Shown: positions 9,707-21,058, numbered from the stretch's first letter. The stretch is DNA of 64,000 bases from Planctomycetota bacterium (GCA_043803805.1 JAZDJP010000031.1:1222-65221), one strand, 5' to 3'. Notes: a model not told the origin generated them from the sequence alone. Translations and numbers: made by a program.

Positions 9707-10597
9707 TTACATGAACTCTTCGAGCAACTTCCGCCCTGTCTCCTCCGAGAGCCCCACTGGCTGATCCACCAGCGGCCCGGCCGCAAGCGCCGGCTCGGCG
9801 TCCTCATACGTGGGACGTTCCGTCCGGTAGAATACCCCGAGGGGAATTTTCTCGTTCCATTCGAACGCCTTCGCGAGGGCCTGCTGGAAATCCGCGGGGT
9901 TGTGATCGGATGATAATTTATAGACGCGCTCCCGGAACCAGGCGTAGGTGTTGATGCGATTGAATGTCACGCAGGGGCTGAAGATGTCCACGAGGGCGAA
10001 TCCCTTGTGGGCCAGGGCCTGGGCGATGATGTCCGCCAGGTGGGCCGGATCGCCGGAGAATCCCCGCGCCACAAACGTCGCCCCCGCCACGAGCGCCAGC
10101 GCCATCGGGTTCAAGGGCGATTCCGGGTTGCCGTGGGGGGTGGATTTCGTCGGGTGGCCGGCCGCCGTGGTGGGGGAGGCCTGTCCGGTGGTCAGACTGT
10201 ACATCTGGTTATTCATCACGAGGTAGGGCAGGTTGATATTCCGCCGGATGGCGTGAATCAAATGGCCCAGGCCGATGCCGTAGCCGTCCCCGTCTCCGCC
10301 CGTTACCACCACCTGGAGCCCGTGATTGGCCAGTTTTGCCCCCTCGGCCACGGGCAGTGCCCGGCCGTGGAGGGAATGAAACCCATAGGCCCGGATGAAT
10401 CCGGGCAGGTTGGAGGAGCACCCGATCCCGGACACCACGAGAAGTCGGTGGGGGGGAATACCGAGTGTCCCCGCGGCCTTTTTCAGGGCCGCCAGAACCG
10501 CGAAGTCCCCGCACCCGGGGCACCAGTCGGGTTCGACCGGGCCTTTGAAACGTTCCGGGGGAAGGGGGGACTTGGGATTGATGACGGGTTCCGTCAT
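9707..10597 (-). CDS. 2-oxoacid:ferredoxin oxidoreductase, beta (TPP-binding) subunit
   Basis: MTEPVINPK start overlaps the alpha-subunit stop (ATGA). CPGCGD and GGDGDGYGIG motifs are present. The track ORF's 5' extension to 10939 runs antisense-free into the alpha gene and is rejected. Confidence 0.85.
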   Translation of the reverse strand: MTEPVINPKSPLPPERFKGPVEPDWCPGCGDFAVLAALKKAAGTLGIPPHRLLVVSGIGCSSNLPGFIRAYGFHSLHGRALPVAEGAKLANHGLQVVVTGGDGDGYGIGLGHLIHAIRRNINLPYLVMNNQMYSLTTGQASPTTAAGHPTKSTPHGNPESPLNPMALALVAGATFVARGFSGDPAHLADIIAQALAHKGFALVDIFSPCVTFNRINTYAWFRERVYKLSSDHNPADFQQALAKAFEWNEKIPLGVFYRTERPTYEDAEPALAAGPLVDQPVGLSEETGRKLLEEFM

Positions 10598-12399
10598 GGC
10601 CGCTTCCCCCCGTCCTGCGGCGTGAGGGCCGCGTATTCCGTTTTCCCCGCGAGGATTTCGGAAACCCCCGCGACAATGTGATGCGGCTCGAAGGGTTCCC
10701 CGTCGTATTTGGATATCCGCCCGGTGGCGCGGAATCCCGGCTCGGCCGCCAGGTGCCGCGCGAACTGGCCCGTGAAATTGTTCTCGACGGTGATCGCCTT
10801 CCGACAGCCGTTGAGAATCGCCGTCGCCTCCGTTGCGTGGAAGGGGACGATGTAGCGGAAATGCAGGCGGTTGACGGTAATGCCTCGCTTCAGCAGTTCC
10901 GGGATAACTTCCGTGATCACGCCCCTCGTCGAACCCCAACTCACGAGGGTGGCATCGGCGTCGGCCGGGCCTTCGAGCGCCGGCGGGGGGAGTTCCCGGA
11001 GGGCGAATGTCATTTTCCGCATGCGCTTTTCCATCATTTTCTTGCGCAGGGCGGGGTTGGTATAGAAATCGCTGATGAGGATGCCCCGTTCGTCGTGTTC
11101 GTCGGAGGCCGCGACGAATTCCGTGCCCTCCCGGCCCGGGAAGACGCGGGTTGAGACGCCGTTTTCCGTGATTTGGTAACGCCGGAACGCGGCCGCCTCG
11201 CCGGCGTAAATCAGACCGCGGTCAATCCGGACGGGGAATCGGAACCGGTCCGGCTCGGCGGTTTCCCCGTGTTCGGACAGAAGGAGATCGGACAGGATGA
11301 ATACCGGGCATTGCCATCGTTCCGCGAGGTGAAAGGCCTCCACCGTCGCGTCGAAGCAGTCCGGGAGGTCCGCCGGGGCGATGACGATGCGGGGGTAATC
11401 GCCCTGGGAGGCGCCGAGCACCTGATTCAGATCGCCCTGTTCCGTTTTGGTGGGCAGTCCCGTCGAGGGGCCGCCGCGCTGGACCTCCGCGATTACAATT
11501 GGAGTTTCCGTCATGGCCGCCATCCCGACGGCCTCCGTCATGAGGGCGAACCCGCCGCCGGAACTGCCGGTCATGGCCCGCACCCCGGCGTGGCCGGCGC
11601 CGATGGCCATGGCGATCGCGGCGATCTCGTCTTCGGATTGTTTGACGAGGATGCCGAGGTCGCGGCCGTGATCCGCCATCCAGTGGAGGATGCCCGTGGC
11701 CGGGGTCATGGGATAGGCCGCGTAGAATTTGCACCCGGCCGCCGCGGCCCCGAGAGCGATGGCGTCGTTGCCGGTGAGGTAGGGGCGTTTTTTGAATTCG
11801 TAATCCCAGCAGACATCGAGGGGCGGAAGGGTCTTCCGCGCGAACGCGAATCCCGCCCGGGCGGCCTTTATGTTGAGCGCCACCACGTCCGGCCCCTTGT
11901 GGCCGTAGGTGTCGGCGAGGAGTTCCTCCAGAGTCCCGATGTGGAGATTCACCAGGTGCACCACCGCTCCCGTGGCGATCGTGTTTTGCAGGATGGGCAG
12001 TTTCGCCAGTTCCGCCGCGAAGTTGTTCTCTTTGGCAAGGGCCGCGATCGACAGGGCGAGTGGTTTCACGCCCGGCGGAAATCCTCCTGCGGGGGGCTGG
12101 AGTTTGTCGGCGTTGAAAATCGCCACTCCGCCGCCGGCGATCTCGCCGGCATGGCGGCGAAGGGTGTCCTGATTCAGGGCGACCAGGACATCCAGGCGCT
12201 CCCCGTGGGTGAGGACCTTTTCGTAGCCGAGCCGGACGCGGAACCAGATGTGGCCGCCGCGGATGGCCGACTGATAACTGTTGTACGCATAGGCGTGAAG
12301 CCCCAGGCGCGCCGCGGTGCGCGCGAGGGCGTCCCCGGCCGTCCCTTGTCCGTCGCCGGCCGCGCCGCCGATGCCCACCACGAGTTCCGTCAGATCCAT
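10594..12399 (-). CDS. 2-oxoacid:ferredoxin oxidoreductase, alpha subunit
   Basis: 601 aa. Typical KorA/PorA-like N-terminus (GGAAGDGQGTAGD...) and translational coupling with the beta subunit. Confidence 0.85.
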   Translation of the reverse strand: MDLTELVVGIGGAAGDGQGTAGDALARTAARLGLHAYAYNSYQSAIRGGHIWFRVRLGYEKVLTHGERLDVLVALNQDTLRRHAGEIAGGGVAIFNADKLQPPAGGFPPGVKPLALSIAALAKENNFAAELAKLPILQNTIATGAVVHLVNLHIGTLEELLADTYGHKGPDVVALNIKAARAGFAFARKTLPPLDVCWDYEFKKRPYLTGNDAIALGAAAAGCKFYAAYPMTPATGILHWMADHGRDLGILVKQSEDEIAAIAMAIGAGHAGVRAMTGSSGGGFALMTEAVGMAAMTETPIVIAEVQRGGPSTGLPTKTEQGDLNQVLGASQGDYPRIVIAPADLPDCFDATVEAFHLAERWQCPVFILSDLLLSEHGETAEPDRFRFPVRIDRGLIYAGEAAAFRRYQITENGVSTRVFPGREGTEFVAASDEHDERGILISDFYTNPALRKKMMEKRMRKMTFALRELPPPALEGPADADATLVSWGSTRGVITEVIPELLKRGITVNRLHFRYIVPFHATEATAILNGCRKAITVENNFTGQFARHLAAEPGFRATGRISKYDGEPFEPHHIVAGVSEILAGKTEYAALTPQDGGKRP

Positions 12400-12523
12400 G
12401 GGGCGCCGTCCGTGAAAATTCGTTTCATTTCATACGTTGCAACAATCCCGGAACGCCGTCTATTCCCGAAATTATAGCGGGGATTTCCCCCTTGGACTAT
12501 AGCAATTCGCGACTGACTGAATT

Positions 12524-12578
12524 CTCATCCTTCGACCCTGTGGCGTGGACGCACGGGGCAGGCAGGTTCAGGATGAGC
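12524..12578. repeat. REP-like palindrome (CTCATCCTTCGAC ... CAGGATGAGC family)
   Basis: The arms match the elements at 16788-16850 and 53196-53272. Confidence 0.5.
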
Positions 12579-12600
12579 GATCTTCAACTTGCCGGATGTT

Positions 12601-13758
12601 TTAAGGGTTGCGTTTCCGGAGCCGCTCGACCGCCGCGACGACGAGGTTTGCCGCTTGCGTCACCTCCGCCTCCGTGTTGAATCTGCCGATGCCGAACCGG
12701 ATCGCCGCGTGGAGGAGATCCTCCGGGACGCCGATGGCGCGCAAAATGTGACTGGGTTCCGGCACGGCCGAGGCGCAGGCGGAGCCGGTGGAGACGGCGA
12801 TGTCGTCCTTGAGGGCGAGGATGAGAGCTTCGCTTTCGACACCGCGGAAACTCACGTTCAGGTTCCCGGCCAGTCGCTTTTCCGGGGGGCCGTTCAGGCG
12901 CACCCCGTCGAGTTGCTCGGTGAGGCGGCGGCACACAATATCCCGCAACGCCCGGATCCGCGTCCGGTCCGTGTCCATTTCCCCAAAAGCGATTTCCGAG
13001 GCCGTTCCAAGCCCGACGATGCCGGGGACATTGGGGGTGCCGGGCCGGATCTCCCGTTCGTGTCCGCCGCCAAAAAAAACGGGTGTCAGGCGCACGGGGG
13101 GGCTGTGACGCCGGACGTAGAGGGCGCCGATCCCTTTCGGCCCGTAAATCTTGTGGCCGGAGAGGGACAGCAGGTCAATTCCCATGGTTTCGACGTCGAG
13201 GGGTTCCTTCCCCGCGGCCTGGCTGGCGTCACAGTGAAAAAACACTCCGCGTTCCCGGGTGATCGCGCCGATATCGGTCAGAGGCTCGAGGGCGCCGATT
13301 TCGTGGTTGGCCGCCATGACCGTGACGAGGAGGGTTTTCCCGGTGATGGCCTTCCGGACGTCCCCCGGATCGACGAGACCCGTTCCGTCCACACGCAGCC
13401 AGGTGACGCGGAACCCCCGTTTTTCGAGGTGCCGCACGGGTTCGAGAACGGAGGGATGTTCGATGGGGGACGCGATGACGTGATCCCGGTGTTGAGCGCC
13501 GGCCGCGAGTCCGAGGATGGCGATGTTGTTGGCCTCGGTGGCGCCGCTTGTGAAAATCATGTCGCGCGGTCCGGCTCCCACCAGCCGTGCCACCTGCCCG
13601 CGCGCCGTCTCGACGGCGGCCTCGGCCTCCCAGCCGTAGGCGTGAGTGCGGCTGGCGGCATTTCCGAATTTTTCGGTGAAGAAGGGGGTCATCGCCTCGA
13701 ACACGCGCGGGTCAAGCGGGGTCGTCGCGTGGTGGTCGAGGTAAACCGGGCGGGGCAT
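12601..13758 (-). CDS. iscS: Cysteine desulfurase (IscS/NifS family)
   Basis: YLDHHATTPLDPRV, SGHKIYGPKG (PLP lysine) and STGSACAS active-site loop; 385 aa. Confidence 0.9.
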   Translation of the reverse strand: MPRPVYLDHHATTPLDPRVFEAMTPFFTEKFGNAASRTHAYGWEAEAAVETARGQVARLVGAGPRDMIFTSGATEANNIAILGLAAGAQHRDHVIASPIEHPSVLEPVRHLEKRGFRVTWLRVDGTGLVDPGDVRKAITGKTLLVTVMAANHEIGALEPLTDIGAITRERGVFFHCDASQAAGKEPLDVETMGIDLLSLSGHKIYGPKGIGALYVRRHSPPVRLTPVFFGGGHEREIRPGTPNVPGIVGLGTASEIAFGEMDTDRTRIRALRDIVCRRLTEQLDGVRLNGPPEKRLAGNLNVSFRGVESEALILALKDDIAVSTGSACASAVPEPSHILRAIGVPEDLLHAAIRFGIGRFNTEAEVTQAANLVVAAVERLRKRNP

Positions 13759-13881
13759 GAAGATTCTCGAAAACGGGGAAGCGGATTGTATAATAGCCGC
13801 TGCTCGGTGTCAACGCGGACCCTCCCCCGCGGGGCAGTCCGGGTGAACGCGGGAGGGGGAATTGTCGTAGATGATCGCATC

Positions 13882-15531
13882 ATGCCCATCCGGAACCTGA
13901 ACACGATTCTTCTGACGGAGCATGTGGACACGCTGGCGCGCCTGCGTCTGGCGCTCCGGGAGCCGGCCGCCGCGGGGGTGTTGTTCGAACTGGCCCGGGA
14001 TCTCCCCGGCGCGATTTCCATGTTGAAGGAGCGGGGGGCGGATTTACTTTTTCTCGACCTTTCCTGCCAGAGGTTCGCCTGGGCGGATGGCATCCGGGAG
14101 ATCCGGACGGCGTTTCCCCGCGTCCCGGTTGTCGCGCTGGCGAAGACCTGCGACGAACGCCTTGTGGCGGAGGTCGTCCAGGCCGGCGCCCTGGACGTGA
14201 TCACCCCGGATCACCTGAACGGCGCCATGGTGGCCCTTGTCGTCCATCACGCCGTGGAGCGTTTCCGCATCCTGGACGAACTGGAGGAGACGCGCTCGCG
14301 CCTGGAGAAACTGGCCCTGGTGGATCCCATCACGGGGCTTTTGAACCGCCAGGGGCTCGAACAGGCGTTTCTCGTCGAGACACGGCGCGCCCACCGGGAG
14401 GTCTCGGAACTTCTCGTGGTGCGGATTGACCTGGATGATTTCACCCGCATCAACGACACCCTCGGCCATGCCGCGGGCGACATCGTCCTCATGGAGGTTG
14501 CCCGGAAACTGAGATCCGTCCTCCGTGTCACCGACCATGTGGGGCGGTTGGAGAAGGACAATTTCCTCGTGTTCCTGCCCAAGACCCGCTGGGCGGAGGG
14601 CATCCAGGTTGCGGAGAAGATGCGCCTGTCGCTGTCGGTGGCGCCCATCGAACTGACCAGCGGGAACGTCCACCTCACCGCGAGCCTGGGCGTCATGGCG
14701 GTGACCCGCGAAATTCCGTCTCTCGACCCGGTCCTCACCCAGACGGGACTGGCCGTCGAGATGAGCAAGAAGGCCGGCAAAAACCAGGTCGCCTATGCCG
14801 GCATGGTGCAGGATGGCGTGAACCGGGACGAGCCCCTCTACGAAATCCTCGACGCCCTCCGCCGCGGCCAGGGGTTCCGGGCGAAGTCGCAGGGGCTCTA
14901 TGCCCTCGCGGACGAAACAAAAATCGGGTATGAAATGCTCTGCCGGGGGCCGGTGGGGACGTTCGAGATGCCGGATGATTTTTTCCGGCTCTCCTCGGAG
15001 AAGAACATCCTGACCCTGGTGGATCACATGTGTCTGAAGACGTGCATCGCGGCGGGGGCGCGTCTCGAACCGGGGATGCGCATCCACGTGAATCTTTTTC
15101 CCTCGACGATGCTGGCCATCCCGACGCCCTACCTCCTGTCGCTTTTCCCGGGGGACCGGCCGAAGTCGGATTTCTGCATCGAGATCAGCGAGCAGCAGAT
15201 CATCGGGGACCCGTCCTACCTCTTGAAACCCATCACGGCCCTCCGCAAGGCCGGCATCGAGATCGCCATTGACGACGTCGGGTTCGGAAGGTCGTGCCTC
15301 GAGAGTCTCATCATCCTCGAGCCGGAGATCGTCAAGATTGACCGGAAGTGGATCAACGGCATCTTCCGGGATGAGAAGCAGGCGCGGTCCCTGAAGCGCT
15401 TCCTCAAGGTGGCGGAGGGATTGGATTCACGGGTGGTCGCCGAGGGGGTGGAGACGCGGGAAGATCTGGAGACCCTTCAATCCCTGGGCGTGGAATTTGG
15501 GCAGGGATATCTGTGGGGAAAACCCGCGTAG
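13882..15531 (+). CDS. Response-regulator receiver - degenerate GGDEF - EAL protein
   Basis: REC-like N-terminus (DLLFLDLS...). The GGDEF position reads RLEKDNFLVFLP, which is degenerate. EAL-domain motifs are present: YEMLCR, HVNLF, EISE, IDDVGFG, KIDRKWI, EGVETRED, QGYLWGKP. The 431 codons upstream in the track ORF are antisense to iscS. Confidence 0.85.
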   Translation: MPIRNLNTILLTEHVDTLARLRLALREPAAAGVLFELARDLPGAISMLKERGADLLFLDLSCQRFAWADGIREIRTAFPRVPVVALAKTCDERLVAEVVQAGALDVITPDHLNGAMVALVVHHAVERFRILDELEETRSRLEKLALVDPITGLLNRQGLEQAFLVETRRAHREVSELLVVRIDLDDFTRINDTLGHAAGDIVLMEVARKLRSVLRVTDHVGRLEKDNFLVFLPKTRWAEGIQVAEKMRLSLSVAPIELTSGNVHLTASLGVMAVTREIPSLDPVLTQTGLAVEMSKKAGKNQVAYAGMVQDGVNRDEPLYEILDALRRGQGFRAKSQGLYALADETKIGYEMLCRGPVGTFEMPDDFFRLSSEKNILTLVDHMCLKTCIAAGARLEPGMRIHVNLFPSTMLAIPTPYLLSLFPGDRPKSDFCIEISEQQIIGDPSYLLKPITALRKAGIEIAIDDVGFGRSCLESLIILEPEIVKIDRKWINGIFRDEKQARSLKRFLKVAEGLDSRVVAEGVETREDLETLQSLGVEFGQGYLWGKPA

Positions 15532-15562
15532 GAAGTCGGCGAGTCTGCGAGTCGCCGAGTCT
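15531..15562. repeat. GGAAGTC-(NNNGAGTC)n 8-bp-period array
   Basis: GGAAGTCGGCGAGTCTGCGAGTCGCCGAGTCT lies directly after the stop of the GGDEF-EAL gene. Confidence 0.7.
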
Positions 15563-15633
15563 ATGGTGGTTGTCATCCGTCAGGACATATTCTCCGAGGG
15601 TAAGGAGCTGTGAAACAATAAATGTTCCACCGA

Positions 15634-15733
15634 GGGATGGTGAGGCGCCCCTCCGGCAAGGCGCGAGGAGGGCGCGTACCAGAGGGTACGCAACCGACGA
15701 GCAACGCCGCCGGAGGGGATGCATCGCCATCCC
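15634..15733 (+). promoter_or_regulatory. Candidate structured 5' leader (nested helices) upstream of the carbamoyltransferase-like gene
   Basis: Three nested pairings: GGGATGG (15634-40) with CCATCCC (15727-33), CCCCTCCGGC (15648-57) with GCCGGAGGGG (15709-18), and the hairpin GCGTACC-AGAG-GGTACGC (15674-91). It ends about 45 nt before the ATG at 15777. Confidence 0.3.
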
Positions 15734-15776
15734 GAATGGAACAGTTATTGTTGAACAGCGACTAAGGGGGTAAATC

Positions 15777-16766
15777 ATGACCAGAACCGCGAAGACCGCA
15801 GCCCGCAAGCCGCCCGTGATCGGCGACCGCATCCGTGGCAAGGGTGTGCCGCACATCGGCGTGCTTTCCGCTGAAGACCTCGGGGAGGTCATGACGCTCG
15901 GCGAGTGGTTCCGCGACAACCGCCACGACCCGACCTATGCGACGCTTCTTCAGGGGCGGGTGCAGGGGCTTCTGTTCGTGTATCCCTCGACGCGGACGCG
16001 CCTCGGATTCGAAGCGGCCATGGCCCAGCTTGGCGGCGCCAACGTCTACATGCCCGTGGAGCAGACCCAGATGGGCCGCGGCGAGAGCATCGCGGACACG
16101 GCGCGCGCCATGGACCAGTACCTGGACGTGTTTTCCGGCCGCCTCTGGAAGCAGGAGGACATGGATGGCTTCGCCGCGAACATGACCCGGCCGGTGCTGA
16201 ACGCCTGCACCCCGCGCGACCACGCCACTCATGTCATCGGCGAGCTCATGACCATGCGCTGGTGCAAGGGGCGGCTCAAGGGGCTCAACCTGGTCTACAC
16301 GGGGATGGCCCGGGGGATTCTCCATTCCTTCATCCGGTGTTGCCCGAAACTGGGGATTAACCTGGTCCTGGCGATTCCCGAATCATACGTCCCGACGGTG
16401 GACCGGAAGATCTTGGACGAGGGCGGGGCCCTTGCCCAAAAGGCCGGCACGCGCCTGGAGATCGTCACCGATCTCAGGAAGGCGGTCAAGGATGCCGACT
16501 TCATCCAGGCGAGCACGCTGATCCGTTCGATGCTCGCCGGAGAGCAGTCGCCGGAGGAAAAGGCCGTCGAGATTTCCAAATGGACGGTGACCGACGAGGT
16601 GCTCTCCTGCGCCCGGAAGGATGTGATCTACACCCACTCCGGTCCGGCGCACCGTGGCGTCTGCGTCACCGACGCGGTGATGGACGGTCCGAAGTCGGTC
16701 ATTCCCCAGGAGGCATTGAACGCGATCTACGCCAAGAAGGCGCTTCTGGCGATGATCGTGAGATAG
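15777..16766 (+). CDS. Aspartate/ornithine carbamoyltransferase-family protein, atypical second-substrate motifs
   Basis: YPSTRTRLGFE (the STRTR carbamoyl-phosphate motif) is present. The HCLP/HPLP position reads THSGPAHRG, so the substrate is unclear. Confidence 0.7.
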   Translation: MTRTAKTAARKPPVIGDRIRGKGVPHIGVLSAEDLGEVMTLGEWFRDNRHDPTYATLLQGRVQGLLFVYPSTRTRLGFEAAMAQLGGANVYMPVEQTQMGRGESIADTARAMDQYLDVFSGRLWKQEDMDGFAANMTRPVLNACTPRDHATHVIGELMTMRWCKGRLKGLNLVYTGMARGILHSFIRCCPKLGINLVLAIPESYVPTVDRKILDEGGALAQKAGTRLEIVTDLRKAVKDADFIQASTLIRSMLAGEQSPEEKAVEISKWTVTDEVLSCARKDVIYTHSGPAHRGVCVTDAVMDGPKSVIPQEALNAIYAKKALLAMIVR

Positions 16767-16787
16767 GGCAGTTCACGAATTGATAAA

Positions 16788-16913
16788 CCCGCTCATCCTG
16801 AGCCTGTCGAAGGATGAACCAGGGCGCTGCTCATGGTTCGTGGTTCGACATTTTTTGATTTTTTAAGGAACGCTCACCATGAACGGATATTCATAAGGGC
16901 TCACCATGAGCGG
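16788..16913. repeat. Cluster of REP-like palindromes plus copy 2 of the ~70-bp hairpin repeat
   Basis: CCGCTCATCCTGAGCCTGTCGAAGGATGAACCAGGGCGCTGCTCATGGTTCG (16788-16850) is the reverse complement of 53196-53272. GCTCACCATGAACGG and GCTCACCATGAGCGG follow it. Confidence 0.75.
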
Positions 16914-17031
16914 CAATGAGGATTCAGTTAATCGTGAATTGCTCCAGCGGCGGCGCGTGATCGGGAGGCCACACCGTCCGGCCATCCCGTCCGTCAACCG
17001 GGCGAATTCCACGCGTTCAATCAGGCATGAA

Positions 17032-18234
17032 TTACCGGGGGATGTTCTTTTGTAAAAGGGTCTGTTTCGTTTCTTCGGGCAGGGAGGACCCGACGATCCA
17101 GGCGCGGGCGGCCGCCGGGTCAGTGCGAAGCCATCGTTCGGCGATCGTCGTCCGGGCCGCGATTCGTGTTGATTCTTCGGAGATTTTGTTGGCCCATTCG
17201 AATTGGGCGGGGATTTCGGTGAGGAGGGGGGGCAATACCCAGTCGCCTTCGATCAACCTGAGAATGGCCGCGTCACGCGCGGGGCAGGCCGGTTTGGCGG
17301 CGAGCCAAACGCTCGCTTCCTCGGGGTTGACAATCCACCAGATCATCATGGTTTCCCCGAGACTGTTGAAGTTGGAATCCATTTTCTCCAGGCGGATCAG
17401 ATTGAGCAACTCCACGGCCTGACGGTTGTTTTTCTGGAAGAAAAGTTTCCCGGCGATTTCGAGGACGGAATCGTCGGCAAGATTATCGGGGGAGATTTCC
17501 TTAAGGAGTTGGGCTCCCTTCAGGGAATCCGTTGCCGCCCATTTCTCGGCAAGAGTGGCCAGGACGCTGTCGCGCGAGTCTCCTGGCGGAAGGGACCGGG
17601 CCCAGGCGGTGCTGGCGGAAAGATCCGACCGGATCCAGGATTCGGCGACCGTTTTCAGGGCGATGACGCGGGCGGGGCCCTCGAATAGCCCCTCGGCCCA
17701 GGCGCGTGCCCCGGTCGGGTCACTGCCGGTCCAATAATACACGACGTTTTGAACACGCACTTCCGATTCCCCGGAGTCCGTAAGCGACATAGCCCAGTTC
17801 GCCGCGCCCGCCGGATCTTTTGCGCACCAAGCTTTCAATAAGTTATTCAGCGCGTCGCTCCGGGCCTGGCCCGGGGGCATGGCCAGTATTTTCCGGGCGG
17901 CCTCCGCCGGGTTTTGCGCGATTTCGGCGAGGAAGGGATTTGGGGGCTCCGGCCGTTTCCCCGGCATCCGGATTTCCGGGATTCCGGCGGTGTCAGCGCG
18001 GGGCGGGGCGCTTTTCTGTAGCAGTTTTTTGAATTCCGCGGTGAATGCAGCTTCCGTCTGGTCGCGGCCCCGATCTTTCCGGGCCCGCCGGGCCTGGTCC
18101 TTCCACTTTTCCACCTCGGCCTGGGTGGTGGCGAGTTCGCGTTCCAGACATTCCCCCTGCCTCCGGGCGTCCTGGGACTGCCAGGCGAGGAAAATCACGG
18201 CCAGAAGTGCGAGGATGGCGGGAACTTCCTTCAT
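17032..18234 (-). CDS. Membrane-anchored alpha-helical repeat protein (hypothetical)
   Basis: Starts at the ATG giving MKEVPAILALLAVIFLAW (TM helix), then a charged coiled-coil and repeated A..W...L helical units. I recognise no family. Confidence 0.55.
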   Translation of the reverse strand: MKEVPAILALLAVIFLAWQSQDARRQGECLERELATTQAEVEKWKDQARRARKDRGRDQTEAAFTAEFKKLLQKSAPPRADTAGIPEIRMPGKRPEPPNPFLAEIAQNPAEAARKILAMPPGQARSDALNNLLKAWCAKDPAGAANWAMSLTDSGESEVRVQNVVYYWTGSDPTGARAWAEGLFEGPARVIALKTVAESWIRSDLSASTAWARSLPPGDSRDSVLATLAEKWAATDSLKGAQLLKEISPDNLADDSVLEIAGKLFFQKNNRQAVELLNLIRLEKMDSNFNSLGETMMIWWIVNPEEASVWLAAKPACPARDAAILRLIEGDWVLPPLLTEIPAQFEWANKISEESTRIAARTTIAERWLRTDPAAARAWIVGSSLPEETKQTLLQKNIPR

Positions 18235-18250
18235 TCGCTCCAATCCCTTC

Positions 18251-18290
18251 TGACTCCAAGACTCCGAGACTCTGAGACTCCCAGACTTCC
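18251..18290. repeat. GACTC-N3 8-bp-period array (reads GGAAGTC-(NNNGAGTC)n on the minus strand)
   Basis: TGACTCCAAGACTCCGAGACTCTGAGACTCCCAGACTTCC lies just downstream of the minus-strand SOD gene. Confidence 0.7.
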
Positions 18291-18304
18291 CTATCTTTTG
18301 CTTT

Positions 18305-18901
18305 TCACGCTCCTGCGCCGGCAGTCTTCTTGAAGTTTTCTGCCACCTTCGTCCAGTTCACGAGGTTCCACCACGCCGCCACATAATCCGGACGGCGGTT
18401 GCGGTAGTCAATATAATAGGCATGCTCCCAGACGTCGCATGTGAGAAGCGGCGTCTTCCCCTGCGTCAGCGGGTTGGCCGCGTTCGAGGTGGAGAGGATT
18501 TCGAGGGAATTGTCGGCGTTTTTCACCAGCCACGCCCACCCGGATCCGAACGTCCCGACGGCGGCTTGGGCGAATTGCTTTTTAAAATCATCCACCGAGC
18601 CGAATTTCGCCGAAAGGGCTTTCGCGAGATCGGCCGGGAGGGCGCCGGGGTTCGGGGTGAGCCCTTCCCAATAAAACGTATGGTTCCAGATCTGGGCCGC
18701 GTTGTTGAATATGCCGCCGCCGGCCTTCCGGATGATGTCCACGAGGGCGGCCTTTTCGAACTCGGTTCCCTTGACAAGGTTGTTCAGGTTGTTGACATAG
18801 GCCTGGTGGTGCTTGCCGTAGTGGAATTCGATCGTCTCCTGCGAGATGTGGGGTTGAAGCGCATCGGGCGCGTAGGGCAGCATCGGAAGTTCGAAGGGCA
18901 T
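18305..18901 (-). CDS. Fe/Mn superoxide dismutase
   Basis: [36 protein letters not shown] and [11 protein letters not shown]. The track's 5' extension to 19210 reads through repeat DNA and is rejected. Confidence 0.9.
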   Translation of the reverse strand: MPFELPMLPYAPDALQPHISQETIEFHYGKHHQAYVNNLNNLVKGTEFEKAALVDIIRKAGGGIFNNAAQIWNHTFYWEGLTPNPGALPADLAKALSAKFGSVDDFKKQFAQAAVGTFGSGWAWLVKNADNSLEILSTSNAANPLTQGKTPLLTCDVWEHAYYIDYRNRRPDYVAAWWNLVNWTKVAENFKKTAGAGA

Positions 18902-19010
18902 GGCGTTCTCCCCGGAAAGAAGTTGGCGGTTTATTTCCTGTAGCATAGACCACCCCGGGATGAAGTCAAGACGCGGGGATGATTCATGCAATAATCGCGA
19001 ATGGGATGAA

Positions 19011-21018
<2,008 letters not shown>

Positions 21019-21020
21019 AG

Positions 21021-21058
21021 GGAAGTCAGCGAGTCGGCGAGTCTGAGAGTCTGAAGAC
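21021..21058. repeat. GGAAGTC-(NNNGAGTC)n array, inverted relative to 19109-19162
   Basis: GGAAGTCAGCGAGTCGGCGAGTCTGAGAGTCTGAAGAC lies immediately after the thiC stop. Confidence 0.7.

Noticed and set aside
11173-12477. 434-aa + strand ORF inside the korA region.
   Set aside because: It is antisense to the 2-oxoacid:ferredoxin oxidoreductase alpha subunit, which is translationally coupled to the beta subunit.
12589-13881. N-terminal 431 codons of the 980-aa + strand track ORF 12589..15531.
   Set aside because: This part is exactly antisense to the clearly recognisable cysteine desulfurase (12601..13758) and has no domain signature. The real REC-GGDEF-EAL gene starts at the ATG at 13882.
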